DNA of 64,000 nucleotides, taken from Candidatus Levybacteria bacterium GW2011_GWA1_37_16. Its GTDB lineage: Bacteria > Patescibacteriota > Microgenomatia > Levybacterales > UBA12049. Positions 49,983 through 58,654 of the stretch are shown piece by piece. The notes beneath the pieces are model-generated. The model was not told the DNA's origin. It was given only the letters and a program-made list of their open reading frames with translations, and searched no databases. The stretch covers positions 6,496-70,495 of the forward strand of contig CALRGR010000003.1 of NCBI GenBank assembly GCA_943357985.1, in the 5' to 3' direction. A program made the position numbers and the translations under genes. The first letter of the stretch is position 1. Each line of letters begins with the position of its first letter.

Positions 49983-51175
49983 AACTTCTTAAGGGCTTTT
50001 GCTACTGCTTCATATTCATCCCATGGTTCTTCTCCATTGCCTAAATTCATTGATTTTTCATGACTTTTTCCCGTTAGGATAACCAAATCTCCCTTTCTTG
50101 CTATTCTAATAGCCTCATCAATTGCTTTCTGTCTGTCAGAAATTTTAATAAGAGTTTTGTTCTTGATTCTCTTGTCTTTATTTCTAATTCCCTTTTCTAT
50201 ATCATCCGCAATTTTATCTACGCTTTCTCCGCGGGGATCTTCACTTGTCAAAATAATAACATCTGAAAATCTGTCTGAAGCATCCCCCATAAGAGGTCTT
50301 TTTGTACTGTCTCTTTTTCCTGCGCTTCCAAAAACATGAATAATCCTTCCATTAGTCTCTTTTCTTGCCAATTTCAAGAGTTTCTCAAAAGAGTTAGGAG
50401 TGTGCGCAAAATCAATCATAACTCTAAATGGACCTTCAAAAACTATTTCTTGCCTTCCTTTTGGAAGTTTAAAACTCTCAACTGCTTCTTCGATATTTTC
50501 CTTAGAAATTCCCAGAACAGTACAGACAGAAGCTGCTGCCAATATGTTATAATTATTAAATTGTCCGAAAACATTCTTTTCAAAAGAAAAATCCTTTATT
50601 GAAAAATCAGCATCTTTTGAAATCCCATAAGTCAGAAATCTGGAGGAAGCTTTATCTTTTGAAATTATCTTAAAAGAATCATCATCAATGTTTGTTATGG
50701 ATATTTTTGCTTTTTTTAAAAGTTTAAGCTTTGTTGAAACATAATTTTCATAAGTTTTGTGGTAGTCCAAATGCTCATTTGTAACATTTGTTAAAACTGC
50801 GCCTTCAAAATTTATTCCCCATACTCTATGCTGATCTAAAGCATGAGACGTTACTTCCAAAACTACGTATTTTTTGCGCTTCTCTTTAAGATTTGAAATT
50901 CTTTTAAAAAGTTTTTGAATTGTCCACTCGGATGGAGTTGTTACATGAAGACCTATGTCTTCATAAAGCCCTTCAACAGATGCTCCCACCGTTGAAATCA
51001 TTGAGGAATTTAATCCCGCCTTGGTTAGGATGTGATGAATTAGGTTTACAGTAGTTGTTTTACCGTCTGTACCGGTCACTCCAACAACTATCAAATCTTT
51101 GGAAGGGAAACCGTACCAAATATTAGCAACTATTGCGCTAAGCAAATGATAAATATTTTTAATTTCTTGAAGCAT
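49979..51175 (-). CDS. murE: UDP-N-acetylmuramyl-tripeptide synthetase
   Basis: GVTGTDGKTT, HVTTP, EVTSH, HLDYH, DFAHTP, EDPRGE; start at ATG 51175. Confidence 0.93.
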   Translation of the reverse strand: MLQEIKNIYHLLSAIVANIWYGFPSKDLIVVGVTGTDGKTTTVNLIHHILTKAGLNSSMISTVGASVEGLYEDIGLHVTTPSEWTIQKLFKRISNLKEKRKKYVVLEVTSHALDQHRVWGINFEGAVLTNVTNEHLDYHKTYENYVSTKLKLLKKAKISITNIDDDSFKIISKDKASSRFLTYGISKDADFSIKDFSFEKNVFGQFNNYNILAAASVCTVLGISKENIEEAVESFKLPKGRQEIVFEGPFRVMIDFAHTPNSFEKLLKLARKETNGRIIHVFGSAGKRDSTKRPLMGDASDRFSDVIILTSEDPRGESVDKIADDIEKGIRNKDKRIKNKTLIKISDRQKAIDEAIRIARKGDLVILTGKSHEKSMNLGNGEEPWDEYEAVAKALKKL

Positions 51176-52497
51176 TATAAAGTTTCCTCTCTTTTTTTGT
51201 CCCAAAATTGCCCACGCCTGCAAAGTTTTGCTTTATCAGCTGAATTTTTCAAAAGCATCTCGGTAACACGCTCTAAGAATAGTGTATTTTGCGAACTCTT
51301 AATAAGAACTACATCTCCTTCTTGTATATTATCAAGGATAAAGTCCCGTCCTTGCGAAAAAGTTTTAAAGCTTAAGTTTTCAAGTCCATTTTTTTTAAGA
51401 ACAGGAGCCACATACTGTTGCATCATTGGACCAACTAAAATTACAAGATCGCAGGTTTTAAGAATTTTATCAGCAACTGTCTTGTGAATTTTCTCCGAAA
51501 TCATACCAAGCTCCCTCATGTCTCCCAAAATTGCTACCTTGCGTCTTTTTCCTGAAACTTTTTTAAGCAAATCTAAAATATCCAGTATTGGCGGTAAAGT
51601 CGCGTTATTATAAGAAGAGTCAATAATCGTTGTGTTTTTTATACCATAAAACACGGAAAGTCTGCCCGGAGGAAGCTTGAAATTTCGTTCAAGCGAGACA
51701 ATTGCATCATTTATAGAAACTCCAAGATATAAAGCAATTGATATTGCGGACATAAATGAACGGGCATAATGATCAGAAAGAGGTCTATCGAGCTTTAACT
51801 TAAAACTTTCTCCAAGATGATTTACATTAAAGCTGAACTTGTTAAGAGTTACTTCAAGATTATCCGCATAAAAGTCTGCGTTCTCTTTTTCAATCGATAT
51901 TGTTGATTTTCTAGCCATAACCGTGGCTGATTCTTTCTCAATTAATTCATCATCAATATTCACAACAGCAAATCCGTCTCCAGGAAGAGATTTTAGAAGA
52001 AGCATTTCCTGCTCCATAGTCTTTTTTAGAATTTCATCTTCCGTTTTTGCTTTATTTTCAAAATAAACGCTATGCTCAAAAGAAATGTTTGTGAGAGTTG
52101 CTATCTGGGGTTTTACAATTTTTAGTAAATAACTCATGTTTTTAGGCTCATCCGGACCGTCAATTCCCATTTCACAAATATAAACGTCATATTGCTTCCA
52201 GTTTATAAAAATACCTAAAAATGAGGTTAGAATAATACGAATCCAGTCTAAAATTGTGTAATTTCCCGGATTTATATCCAAAATATCCAAAGGGATGCCT
52301 GTTTCGCTGTTTTTGCCCTGACCTTGTTTCACTTTATACTTTGAAGTAAGAGTTGCGGCCACAATTGAAGATAAAGAGCTTTTTCCGCTTGCACCTCCAA
52401 TACCCACAACAATAGGTCTTATTTTTATAAGCTGAACTTTTGCAATCATACGCAGATACCAAAGCACAAAAGAGACAACAAACTTTCTCAAAACCAT
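51175..52497 (-). CDS. murF: UDP-N-acetylmuramoyl-tripeptide--D-Ala-D-Ala ligase
   Basis: GASGKSS, NSETGIPL, EMG, IDSSYN, LGDMRELG. Confidence 0.9.
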   Translation of the reverse strand: MVLRKFVVSFVLWYLRMIAKVQLIKIRPIVVGIGGASGKSSLSSIVAATLTSKYKVKQGQGKNSETGIPLDILDINPGNYTILDWIRIILTSFLGIFINWKQYDVYICEMGIDGPDEPKNMSYLLKIVKPQIATLTNISFEHSVYFENKAKTEDEILKKTMEQEMLLLKSLPGDGFAVVNIDDELIEKESATVMARKSTISIEKENADFYADNLEVTLNKFSFNVNHLGESFKLKLDRPLSDHYARSFMSAISIALYLGVSINDAIVSLERNFKLPPGRLSVFYGIKNTTIIDSSYNNATLPPILDILDLLKKVSGKRRKVAILGDMRELGMISEKIHKTVADKILKTCDLVILVGPMMQQYVAPVLKKNGLENLSFKTFSQGRDFILDNIQEGDVVLIKSSQNTLFLERVTEMLLKNSADKAKLCRRGQFWDKKREETL

Positions 52498-52574
52498 ACT
52501 CGTATTATACCTGTTTAAGCCTCAAAAAGCCAAAATATTGTCAATAAAGTTTACATGGTGTACTCTTAAGTTAG

Positions 52575-53618
52575 ATGAGCCCGCTTGATGAAAATCAACT
52601 TCAGATTGAGATTAAAAAAGAGGGACTGCGCCATATTACGGATGAAATACCCGGCTTTATGAGGCAAAAACTTGGTATAAACTTCACTTATTATGACGAG
52701 GATCTCAAAAGAATAAAAGATAAAGTCGTAATTAGCCGGATTGAGAGCTTAGCAATTCCGCCAGCCTGGAAAAAAGTCTGGATTTGTGCTTCAGAAAACG
52801 GATATCTTCAAGCAACAGGCACTGATGACAAAAGACGTAAACAGTATATTTATCATCCGGAATGGGTAAAAGCAACTCAAACAAGCAAATTTGAAAGACT
52901 GACGGATTTTGGCCTCAGCCTTCCAATAATCCGCTCGAAAATCGATTATGACCTGCACCAAAAAGACATGGATAAGAAAAGAATCCTAGCTACTGTCGTT
53001 TGGTTGCTTGAGAAAACTTTTATCCGCATTGGAAATGAAGAATACGCAAGAAATAATGAAAGCTTCGGGCTAACAACTTTAAGAAACCGTCACGCAAAAG
53101 TAAGAGGAGACCAAATTTCATTTAAATTCATAGGGAAAAGCGGTATTGAGAATGTAATCGAAATATCAAACCCAACAATTGCCAAAACAATCAGAAAATG
53201 TATTGAACTTCCGGGCTACGAGCTTTTTCAATTTATAGATGATAGCGGAGAGCGTCATGTAATTGATTCTGCGGATGTTAACGAATTTTTGAAAGAAATA
53301 ACTAAAAATGAATTTACTACAAAAGATTTTAGAACTTGGGGAGCAACCAATTTATCAGCAAGACACCTTTATAAATTAGGAGGCGCGGAGAGTGAGAAGA
53401 CGATCAAGCAAAATATTATGGACACCATCAAGGAAGTCGCAAGTCAGCTTAACAATACCGTATCGGTTTGTAGAAATTATTACATTCATCCGCAAGTTTT
53501 GAAGAGCTACGTCAAAAAGACTCTAGTTCCCCACTTTGCAGGTTTTGAAAAATCCAGAAAATCAATAAAAGGACTCTCCTGGAACGAAACCGCCCTAATC
53601 AAACTCCTACAAAATTAG
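52575..53618 (+). CDS. DNA topoisomerase IB (bacterial/poxvirus-like)
   Basis: AIPPAW..VWI, QYIYH, RIGNEEY, KDFRTW, NT..VCRNYYIHP. Confidence 0.93.
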   Translation: MSPLDENQLQIEIKKEGLRHITDEIPGFMRQKLGINFTYYDEDLKRIKDKVVISRIESLAIPPAWKKVWICASENGYLQATGTDDKRRKQYIYHPEWVKATQTSKFERLTDFGLSLPIIRSKIDYDLHQKDMDKKRILATVVWLLEKTFIRIGNEEYARNNESFGLTTLRNRHAKVRGDQISFKFIGKSGIENVIEISNPTIAKTIRKCIELPGYELFQFIDDSGERHVIDSADVNEFLKEITKNEFTTKDFRTWGATNLSARHLYKLGGAESEKTIKQNIMDTIKEVASQLNNTVSVCRNYYIHPQVLKSYVKKTLVPHFAGFEKSRKSIKGLSWNETALIKLLQN

Positions 53619-53651
53619 CAATTAGCTCTAAATTCTGCTATAATGGGAACA

Positions 53652-54344
53652 ATGAGAGATTTTAATAGAGGCGGTAACTCGAGACCAAGACGAAGCTATG
53701 ATAATAGAGGATCTTCTGGTGGAAACGAAGAAAGACAAACATTTAAAGCAATATGCGCAGATTGTGGCCGCGACTGTGACCTTCCATTTGAACCCCGTGG
53801 CAACAGACCAGTATATTGCAGAGATTGTTTCAAAAAGCATACACCGGAAGGCTCAAGCGGAGATAGATATGAATCAAGAGGAGATTCCAGAGGGGGTCCA
53901 CGTGAAGATTCAAGGCGATCAGGTGGCGATAGACCAATGTTTAGCGCAGTATGCGACAACTGCGGCAAAACTTGCCAGCTTCCCTTTGAACCAAGACAGG
54001 GAAAAGAAGTTTTCTGCAGTAGATGTTTTGAAGATAAAGAAAAAGGAATAGACATGACGCAAAGAAAAAGCAATAGCAATGGCACGCAAGCACAATCACA
54101 ACCAAACCTTCAAATGGACGCAATAAATGCAAAGCTTGATAAAATATTAAATCTTTTATCCAACACAAAAGCATTAAAAAATGACGAGAAAGCTTCCAAA
54201 GTAGTAGAAGATGAGATAGAACAACTAGTAAAAACAATTAAAGCTGAAAAATCAATCAAACCTAAAAAGAAAGTCAAAGATCCTGAGCAAAGCCGAAGCG
54301 TAGCAGCAGAAACAGAAATTCCAATAGAATCCCCAACGGAATAG
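53652..54344 (+). CDS. Protein with two CxxC-x17-CxxC zinc ribbons and RG/SR-rich linkers
   Basis: CADCG..PF.P...RPVYCRDCF and CDNCG..PF.P..VFCSRCF; ATG 53652 lies 7 nt after TGCTATAAT. Confidence 0.85.
   Translation: MRDFNRGGNSRPRRSYDNRGSSGGNEERQTFKAICADCGRDCDLPFEPRGNRPVYCRDCFKKHTPEGSSGDRYESRGDSRGGPREDSRRSGGDRPMFSAVCDNCGKTCQLPFEPRQGKEVFCSRCFEDKEKGIDMTQRKSNSNGTQAQSQPNLQMDAINAKLDKILNLLSNTKALKNDEKASKVVEDEIEQLVKTIKAEKSIKPKKKVKDPEQSRSVAAETEIPIESPTE
54281..54297. repeat. TCCTGAGC..GCCGAA element in frame near the 3' end of the zinc-ribbon gene
   Basis: TCCTGAGCAAAGCCGAA (PEQSR). Confidence 0.65.
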
Positions 54345-54476
54345 TTATCCTTTTTTATTCTTTTTTAATTTTCCCTGAAGATCATTAAAAAGTTCTTGAG
54401 AAATTTCCCTGGGCGTTAATTTCTTATCTCTAAGGTTTTTAGGGCTGAGAAGTCTTGAAGGTTTTTTCATCGAGAT

Positions 54477-54590
54477 TTAAAAAGGAATATCGGAAGTAGA
54501 ATTTGGGTCCACCTCAAAGGTTTTTCTGTATATGCAAAGCCTGCAATCTTCATAAAGATAAGCAAAGTCGGAAGGTGATAGCTTGTACAT
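54477..54590 (-). pseudogene. 37-aa internally deleted paralog of the PD-(D/E)XK gene at 41032-41721
   Basis: MYKLSPSDFAYLYED-CRLCIYRKTFEVDPNSTSDIPF matches the N- and C-termini of that protein. Confidence 0.85.
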
Positions 54591-54592
54591 AT

Positions 54593-54673
54593 TTATGTAT
54601 TACGCCTTTCGACTAGTCCTGAGCGAAGCCGAATGACAAAATCAGAAGGAGATAATTTATACTGTTGCGCCAT
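54593..54673 (-). pseudogene. N-terminal stub of another PD-(D/E)XK paralog, cut off by a repeat element
   Basis: MAQQYKLSPSDF followed by the reverse complement of TCCTGAGCGAAGCCGAA. Confidence 0.8.
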
Positions 54674-54721
54674 AAGAGAATAATTATACCACGAAGGAGG
54701 AATTCTGACTAAGAAGTCAAA

Positions 54722-54907
54722 TTATTTCTTGCTAGAATTTTCCACAACTCCAATCTCTCCTAGCGTGAGGTTGTAGAGTTTATAAACCATTTTATCAAGC
54801 TCTGCCTTTAGATCATCATAAACCTCGGGAAGCTTTTTCATTAACTCTAAAGAATCACCTAGATAGAGAGCGAAGTTTTTATCATCATTGAGGAAATAGG
54901 TCTTCAT
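54722..54907 (-). pseudogene. Probable restriction-modification remnant (MTase N-terminus fused to type IIG-like C-terminus)
   Basis: LYLGDSLELMKKLPE plus ELDKMVYKLYNLTLGEIGVVE. Confidence 0.6.
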
Positions 54908-54975
54908 TTGTATTAAAATTATACTTCTTTTCCTTACAATTTACTATTCCACTAATATTGACACCTTTTGATCTA

Positions 54976-55005
54976 TTGACAAGAGTGTGTATTGAGTTAT
55001 ATAAT
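54976..55005 (+). promoter_or_regulatory. Consensus sigma70 promoter with no credible downstream CDS
   Basis: TTGACA(54976-54981)-18nt-TATAAT(55000-55005). Confidence 0.75.
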
Positions 55006-55011
55006 GCTTTT

Positions 55012-55090
55012 TACCTCTAATACGCAAGTGTTAGGGATAGAAAATCTAGCAATAGATTTTCGGCAAAGGGACCCCGCAAGGGGTTTTTTT
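55012..55090 (+). ncRNA. Candidate small RNA of three GCAA-tetraloop hairpins
   Basis: CTCTAATAC-GCAA-GTGTTAGGG; GAAAATCTA-GCAA-TAGATTTTC; GGGACCCC-GCAA-GGGGTTTTTTT. Confidence 0.65.
55068..55090 (+). terminator. Intrinsic terminator
   Basis: GC stem ACCCC/GGGGT with GCAA loop followed by T7. Confidence 0.8.
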
Positions 55091-55094
55091 GTGC

Positions 55095-55239
55095 CTACTT
55101 TTCTGTCCTTTCGTTCCGGCGAAAGAACGAAAGCCTCTCTTGCCAGTGAAGCCGGACTATTTTTACTCCGCTCGCTGATCGGGTTATTTCACCCCCTCCA
55201 TCGACAGGTTTGCGAGGAATCCCCCTGATAGCTCGCTAC
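55095..55239 (-). ncRNA. Candidate structured RNA downstream of ftsI (strand inferred)
   Basis: GC-rich island with stems CTTTCGTTC/GAACGAAAG, GGCTTC/GAGGCT, CTGTC/GACAG, GCGAG/CTCGC. Confidence 0.4.
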
Positions 55240-55287
55240 ATAAAAAAATTAACGTCCTAATGCTTCAAGGCAAGAATAAGAAGAATA

Positions 55288-56970
55288 TTATTCCGTGGGG
55301 GGAATTCCGTAATACGTCAATATGTCTTTGGCGATGGAGAAAAAGACCGGGGCGGCAGTGTCTGCACCGTATATGCTAGTCGTGGGCCTATCAATAATTA
55401 CAAGCATGACGAACTTTGGATTGTCCGCGGGAGCAAAACCAATAAAAGAAGCGATTGTTTGGTTTGGGTCATAATGTCCCGCAACCGGAATTGACGCTGT
55501 TCCTGTTTTACCTGCAATTCTATAACCTTTTAGCCTTGCCCACTGCGCCTCTCCCTTATTTACGGCATTTACCATAATCTCCGTCATTATTTTTGAAGTT
55601 TTTTCCGAAATTGTTCTTGTGACTACTTTTGACGGAATTTTTACTTTGTCCCCTTCTGCTGTATGAATTTGCGCCACAATGTGCGGTTCCATCCTAAGCC
55701 CTCCATTTGCAATTGAACCTATAGCGGCAAGAAGCTGTATGGGAGTAATTGAGATTCCCTGACCAAAACTTACCGTTGCCAAATCTACTTCATACCAATT
55801 ATCTTTTTCCTTAATTGGCTGTGCCACTTCTCCCTGCAAATCAATCCCCGTTGTTTGCCCTATGCCAAATTTTTCTAAATGCGATAGCATGCGATTTAGT
55901 CCGAGTTTCTTCCCAACAAAAACCATTCCTGTATTATCCGAATGAATTATTGTATCAATCATACTAATATTGGGCTTATACTTATCATTCCAGGTTTTGA
56001 TGGTATATCCGCCTATTGAAACAGGTTTATCACAGATATTACATTTAGTCTCTGGCGTTACCAAACCTTCATCCAAGGCAGCTGACATAATAAGAGGCTT
56101 AAAAGTAGAACCCGGTTCATAAGCATCATTAATGAATGGATTTCTATACTCTTTTTCGGAATAGTCCTGGAACTTTTGCGGATCAAAAGATGGAGTTGCT
56201 ACCATTGCAAGAATTTGCCCTGTTGCTGGATCCATAACTGCAACCATTCCCCCGCTTGCGCCGTAAGTATCAATTGCTTTTTTCAACTTGTTCTCTGCCG
56301 CATACTGAATAGCTCTGTCTATTGATAAGACAAGACTATCTCCATCAATTGTTTTTTCATCCCCGCTATTTAGTTTTGCAACTATTGGTCTTCCTAATGC
56401 ATCCTGAATAACGCTTGCAAGCCCTTCCTTGCCTCTCAAAAGCCTGTCGTAATGCCCTTCAAGCCCAAAATAACCAGTATCTACATCCGCATCATTCTTA
56501 CCCACAAAACCCAAAAGATGGGCCGCAGTTGATGCTTCCGAATAAAGCCTTGTGTAGTTTTCTTCAAACCCAATACCGGGGAGTTTTAATTGCTCAATTT
56601 GCTGTTTTGTTGCAAGGCCTACCTTTGGTGGAAGTGCCACCCAAAATTTATCCAGATTTAAAAGCGCGGATACAGAAGCCTCCTCAGTTTTTAGAATCGG
56701 AGCCAAAACCAAAGCTGTTAATTTTTTATCCTTAACCACTTTTGGGTTTGCAAAAACAGTATAGATAAGTCTATTGGCAACTATAGGAAATCCGTCTGAT
56801 GTATAGATTTGGCCACGCGCCGGCTGAAGTTTTATTATTCTTCCGTATTGATTTTCCCCAAGAAGAGAAAGCTCCGATGCTTTAACAACCTGCCAGTAAA
56901 AAAGACGGGAAATAACGACAAAGAAAAGAAAAATTAGAAAACAAAAGGTAAACCTGTAACGCCAGGTCAT
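55288..56970 (-). CDS. ftsI: Class B penicillin-binding protein (FtsI-like)
   Basis: RG.I, YEPGSTFK, SDN, KTGT; after mraZ-rsmH-ftsL. Confidence 0.93.
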   Translation of the reverse strand: MTWRYRFTFCFLIFLFFVVISRLFYWQVVKASELSLLGENQYGRIIKLQPARGQIYTSDGFPIVANRLIYTVFANPKVVKDKKLTALVLAPILKTEEASVSALLNLDKFWVALPPKVGLATKQQIEQLKLPGIGFEENYTRLYSEASTAAHLLGFVGKNDADVDTGYFGLEGHYDRLLRGKEGLASVIQDALGRPIVAKLNSGDEKTIDGDSLVLSIDRAIQYAAENKLKKAIDTYGASGGMVAVMDPATGQILAMVATPSFDPQKFQDYSEKEYRNPFINDAYEPGSTFKPLIMSAALDEGLVTPETKCNICDKPVSIGGYTIKTWNDKYKPNISMIDTIIHSDNTGMVFVGKKLGLNRMLSHLEKFGIGQTTGIDLQGEVAQPIKEKDNWYEVDLATVSFGQGISITPIQLLAAIGSIANGGLRMEPHIVAQIHTAEGDKVKIPSKVVTRTISEKTSKIMTEIMVNAVNKGEAQWARLKGYRIAGKTGTASIPVAGHYDPNQTIASFIGFAPADNPKFVMLVIIDRPTTSIYGADTAAPVFFSIAKDILTYYGIPPTE

Positions 56971-57272
56971 TGTTTTATAACCTGCCTCGCGTCAAGGCGG
57001 GCAACAGAGATTGACGTGCTTATAACAAAGTTAGTCTTGTTTGGAGCAAATCCCAATTCCCCTGCGTTTGAGGCAATTTTAGTAAAAGAGGACAAGGTTA
57101 AAAGTTTTTCCTGCAAAATTAAGTTTTCTTTTTTTAGAAGGCTTACATTTTCTTCTGTATTTTGGAGCGCAATTCCTGAAACTGAAATTCTATTTGAAAC
57201 GCTTATTCTTACCACTGATAAAACAAGTATAACAAATATTAGCGTTGATATTATTAAGGCAGGCTTATGCAT
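56967..57272 (-). CDS. FtsL-like cell division protein
   Basis: TM plus leucine-zipper, A.ELGF; between rsmH and ftsI. Confidence 0.7.
   Translation of the reverse strand: MHKPALIISTLIFVILVLSVVRISVSNRISVSGIALQNTEENVSLLKKENLILQEKLLTLSSFTKIASNAGELGFAPNKTNFVISTSISVARLDARQVIKQ
56979..57002. repeat. CCTGCC..GGCGGG element within the ftsL-like 3' end
   Basis: AACCTGCCTCGCGTCAAGGCGGGC, encodes ARLDARQV on the minus strand. Confidence 0.65.
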
Positions 57273-57278
57273 AATTTA

Positions 57279-57310
57279 TTTATGATTTACGATTTACCAT
57301 TTACGATTTT
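57279..57310. repeat. Period-7 array at the rsmH stop
   Basis: TTTATGA TTTACGA TTTACCA TTTACGA. Confidence 0.8.
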
Positions 57311-58203
57311 TCAAATACTCTGAGTTTTGCAGCGCTACTTCTTCTGTTAGTATCAATTTCTACTTGATCTGCAATAACCGGATGCTTAGTAATAATCGAG
57401 CCTAGTCCTTTGTCTTCAAAGTCAATGAATTTCCATTTAACAATTCTGTCTTCCAGTGAGTGGAAACTTATAACAGCAAGTCTTCCTCTCGGACTTAATA
57501 TCTCAAGCGCGGAAGGCAAAACCGCTCTTAAGTTATTAAGCTCGTCATTTACCGCAATTCTTAGTGCTTGAAATACTTTTGTGTTAACTTTTGCTTTCAT
57601 AAAAGGTTTTACCTCACCCCTTAACCCGAAGCTCTCTGCGACTATATCTGCAAGTTGTGCAGTAGTCTCAATCGGCTTTACTCCACGGGCGCTAATAATA
57701 TTTTTAGAAATGGTGCGAGCATTGTGCTCCTCACCCAATTTAGTAAATAATTCATATAATTCTCCACTATTTAATACGTTTATTAGATCTGCCGCCTTAA
57801 CAGCACCGTCCTTATCCATTCTCATATCCAGAGGACCATCCTGCTGAAAACTAAAGCCTCTCTCCGGCTTGTTTACTTGATAGCTAGACACTCCCAAATC
57901 AAACAAAACTCCCGAAACTTCCACGAAACCGTTTTTACGCCCGATCTCTTTAATGTCTTTGAAATTTCCCTTAGCCAAAATTATGTCTTTTCCGAGCTCA
58001 AACTCGGTACCTTTGATCTGAGATTTAACCTGATTCAGCGCTTCCTGATCTAAGTCTATTCCTAAGACTTTTCCGCCCCGCTTTAGAATTTCAAAGGTAT
58101 GTCCGCCTCCGCCTAAAGTTGCATCTATATAGAGCTTTTTAGGCTCTATATTTAGACTATCTATAGCTTCTTGTAAAAGTACACTTACATGAAAATCGCT
58201 CAT
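57301..58203 (-). CDS. rsmH: 16S rRNA m4C1402 methyltransferase
   Basis: HVSVLL, DATLGGGGH, DLGVSS, GPLDMRM, FQALRIAVN, SFHSLEDR. Confidence 0.97.
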   Translation of the reverse strand: MSDFHVSVLLQEAIDSLNIEPKKLYIDATLGGGGHTFEILKRGGKVLGIDLDQEALNQVKSQIKGTEFELGKDIILAKGNFKDIKEIGRKNGFVEVSGVLFDLGVSSYQVNKPERGFSFQQDGPLDMRMDKDGAVKAADLINVLNSGELYELFTKLGEEHNARTISKNIISARGVKPIETTAQLADIVAESFGLRGEVKPFMKAKVNTKVFQALRIAVNDELNNLRAVLPSALEILSPRGRLAVISFHSLEDRIVKWKFIDFEDKGLGSIITKHPVIADQVEIDTNRRSSAAKLRVFEKS

Positions 58204-58634
58204 TCATTTCCTTTTCCGGACAGTTTATCTGCAATGCTTGTGATAGTACCAACGAGTATACTGTTGTGTTCTTCCCATTTTTTCTTGTCCCAAATTTCAA
58301 CATATCTTGATATTCCTAAGAAAACTATTTCACCCGACAGACTCCCGTATTCTTTTAAATGTGTCGGTAGTACAAATCTTCCTTTTTCATCCAATTCAAC
58401 CTCTGTTGCTGTTCCAAGTAAAAATCTTTGTGTTTCTCTGGTGGACAAATCTGTAAGAGGCATGCCTTCTGTTCCTTCAAGAAGAGATTTCCAACTAGCT
58501 TCTGCGACCACAATAAGAGATCCTTCAAAGCCCTGAGTAATAATGAGTTTGTCACCCAGCTCATCCCTAAACTTTTTAGGGAATGCAATTCTGTTTTTCT
58601 CTCCAATTGTACCGCCGTATTGTCCAATAAGCAT
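58200..58634 (-). CDS. mraZ: Division/cell wall cluster transcriptional repressor MraZ
   Basis: K.R.AFP.KFR, DEKGR, VEIWD; head of the dcw cluster. Confidence 0.95.
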   Translation of the reverse strand: MLIGQYGGTIGEKNRIAFPKKFRDELGDKLIITQGFEGSLIVVAEASWKSLLEGTEGMPLTDLSTRETQRFLLGTATEVELDEKGRFVLPTHLKEYGSLSGEIVFLGISRYVEIWDKKKWEEHNSILVGTITSIADKLSGKGNE

Positions 58635-58654
58635 ATGTTTAATTTGTTTCTCAT

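Noticed and set aside
50151-50186. Possible degenerate heptamer insert in murE (IRNKDKRIKNK)
   Set aside because: Periodicity too weak to separate from ordinary Lys/Asn-rich A-biased coding.
54366-54470. 34-aa minus-strand ORF MKKPSRLLSPKNLRDKKLTPREISQELLMIFREN
   Set aside because: Could be another remnant in the collapsed region, but has no recognisable similarity to support a call.
54992-55228. 78-aa ORF from the ORF track
   Set aside because: Its TTG start lies inside the promoter and it runs through a terminator and hairpins; better explained as non-coding structure.
55095-55239. Group I intron, RNase P, tmRNA or SRP identity for the structured element
   Set aside because: Lacks the GACTA P7 strand, GAGGAAAGTCC, a tRNA-like end and the SRP GGAA-loop/AGCAG motif.
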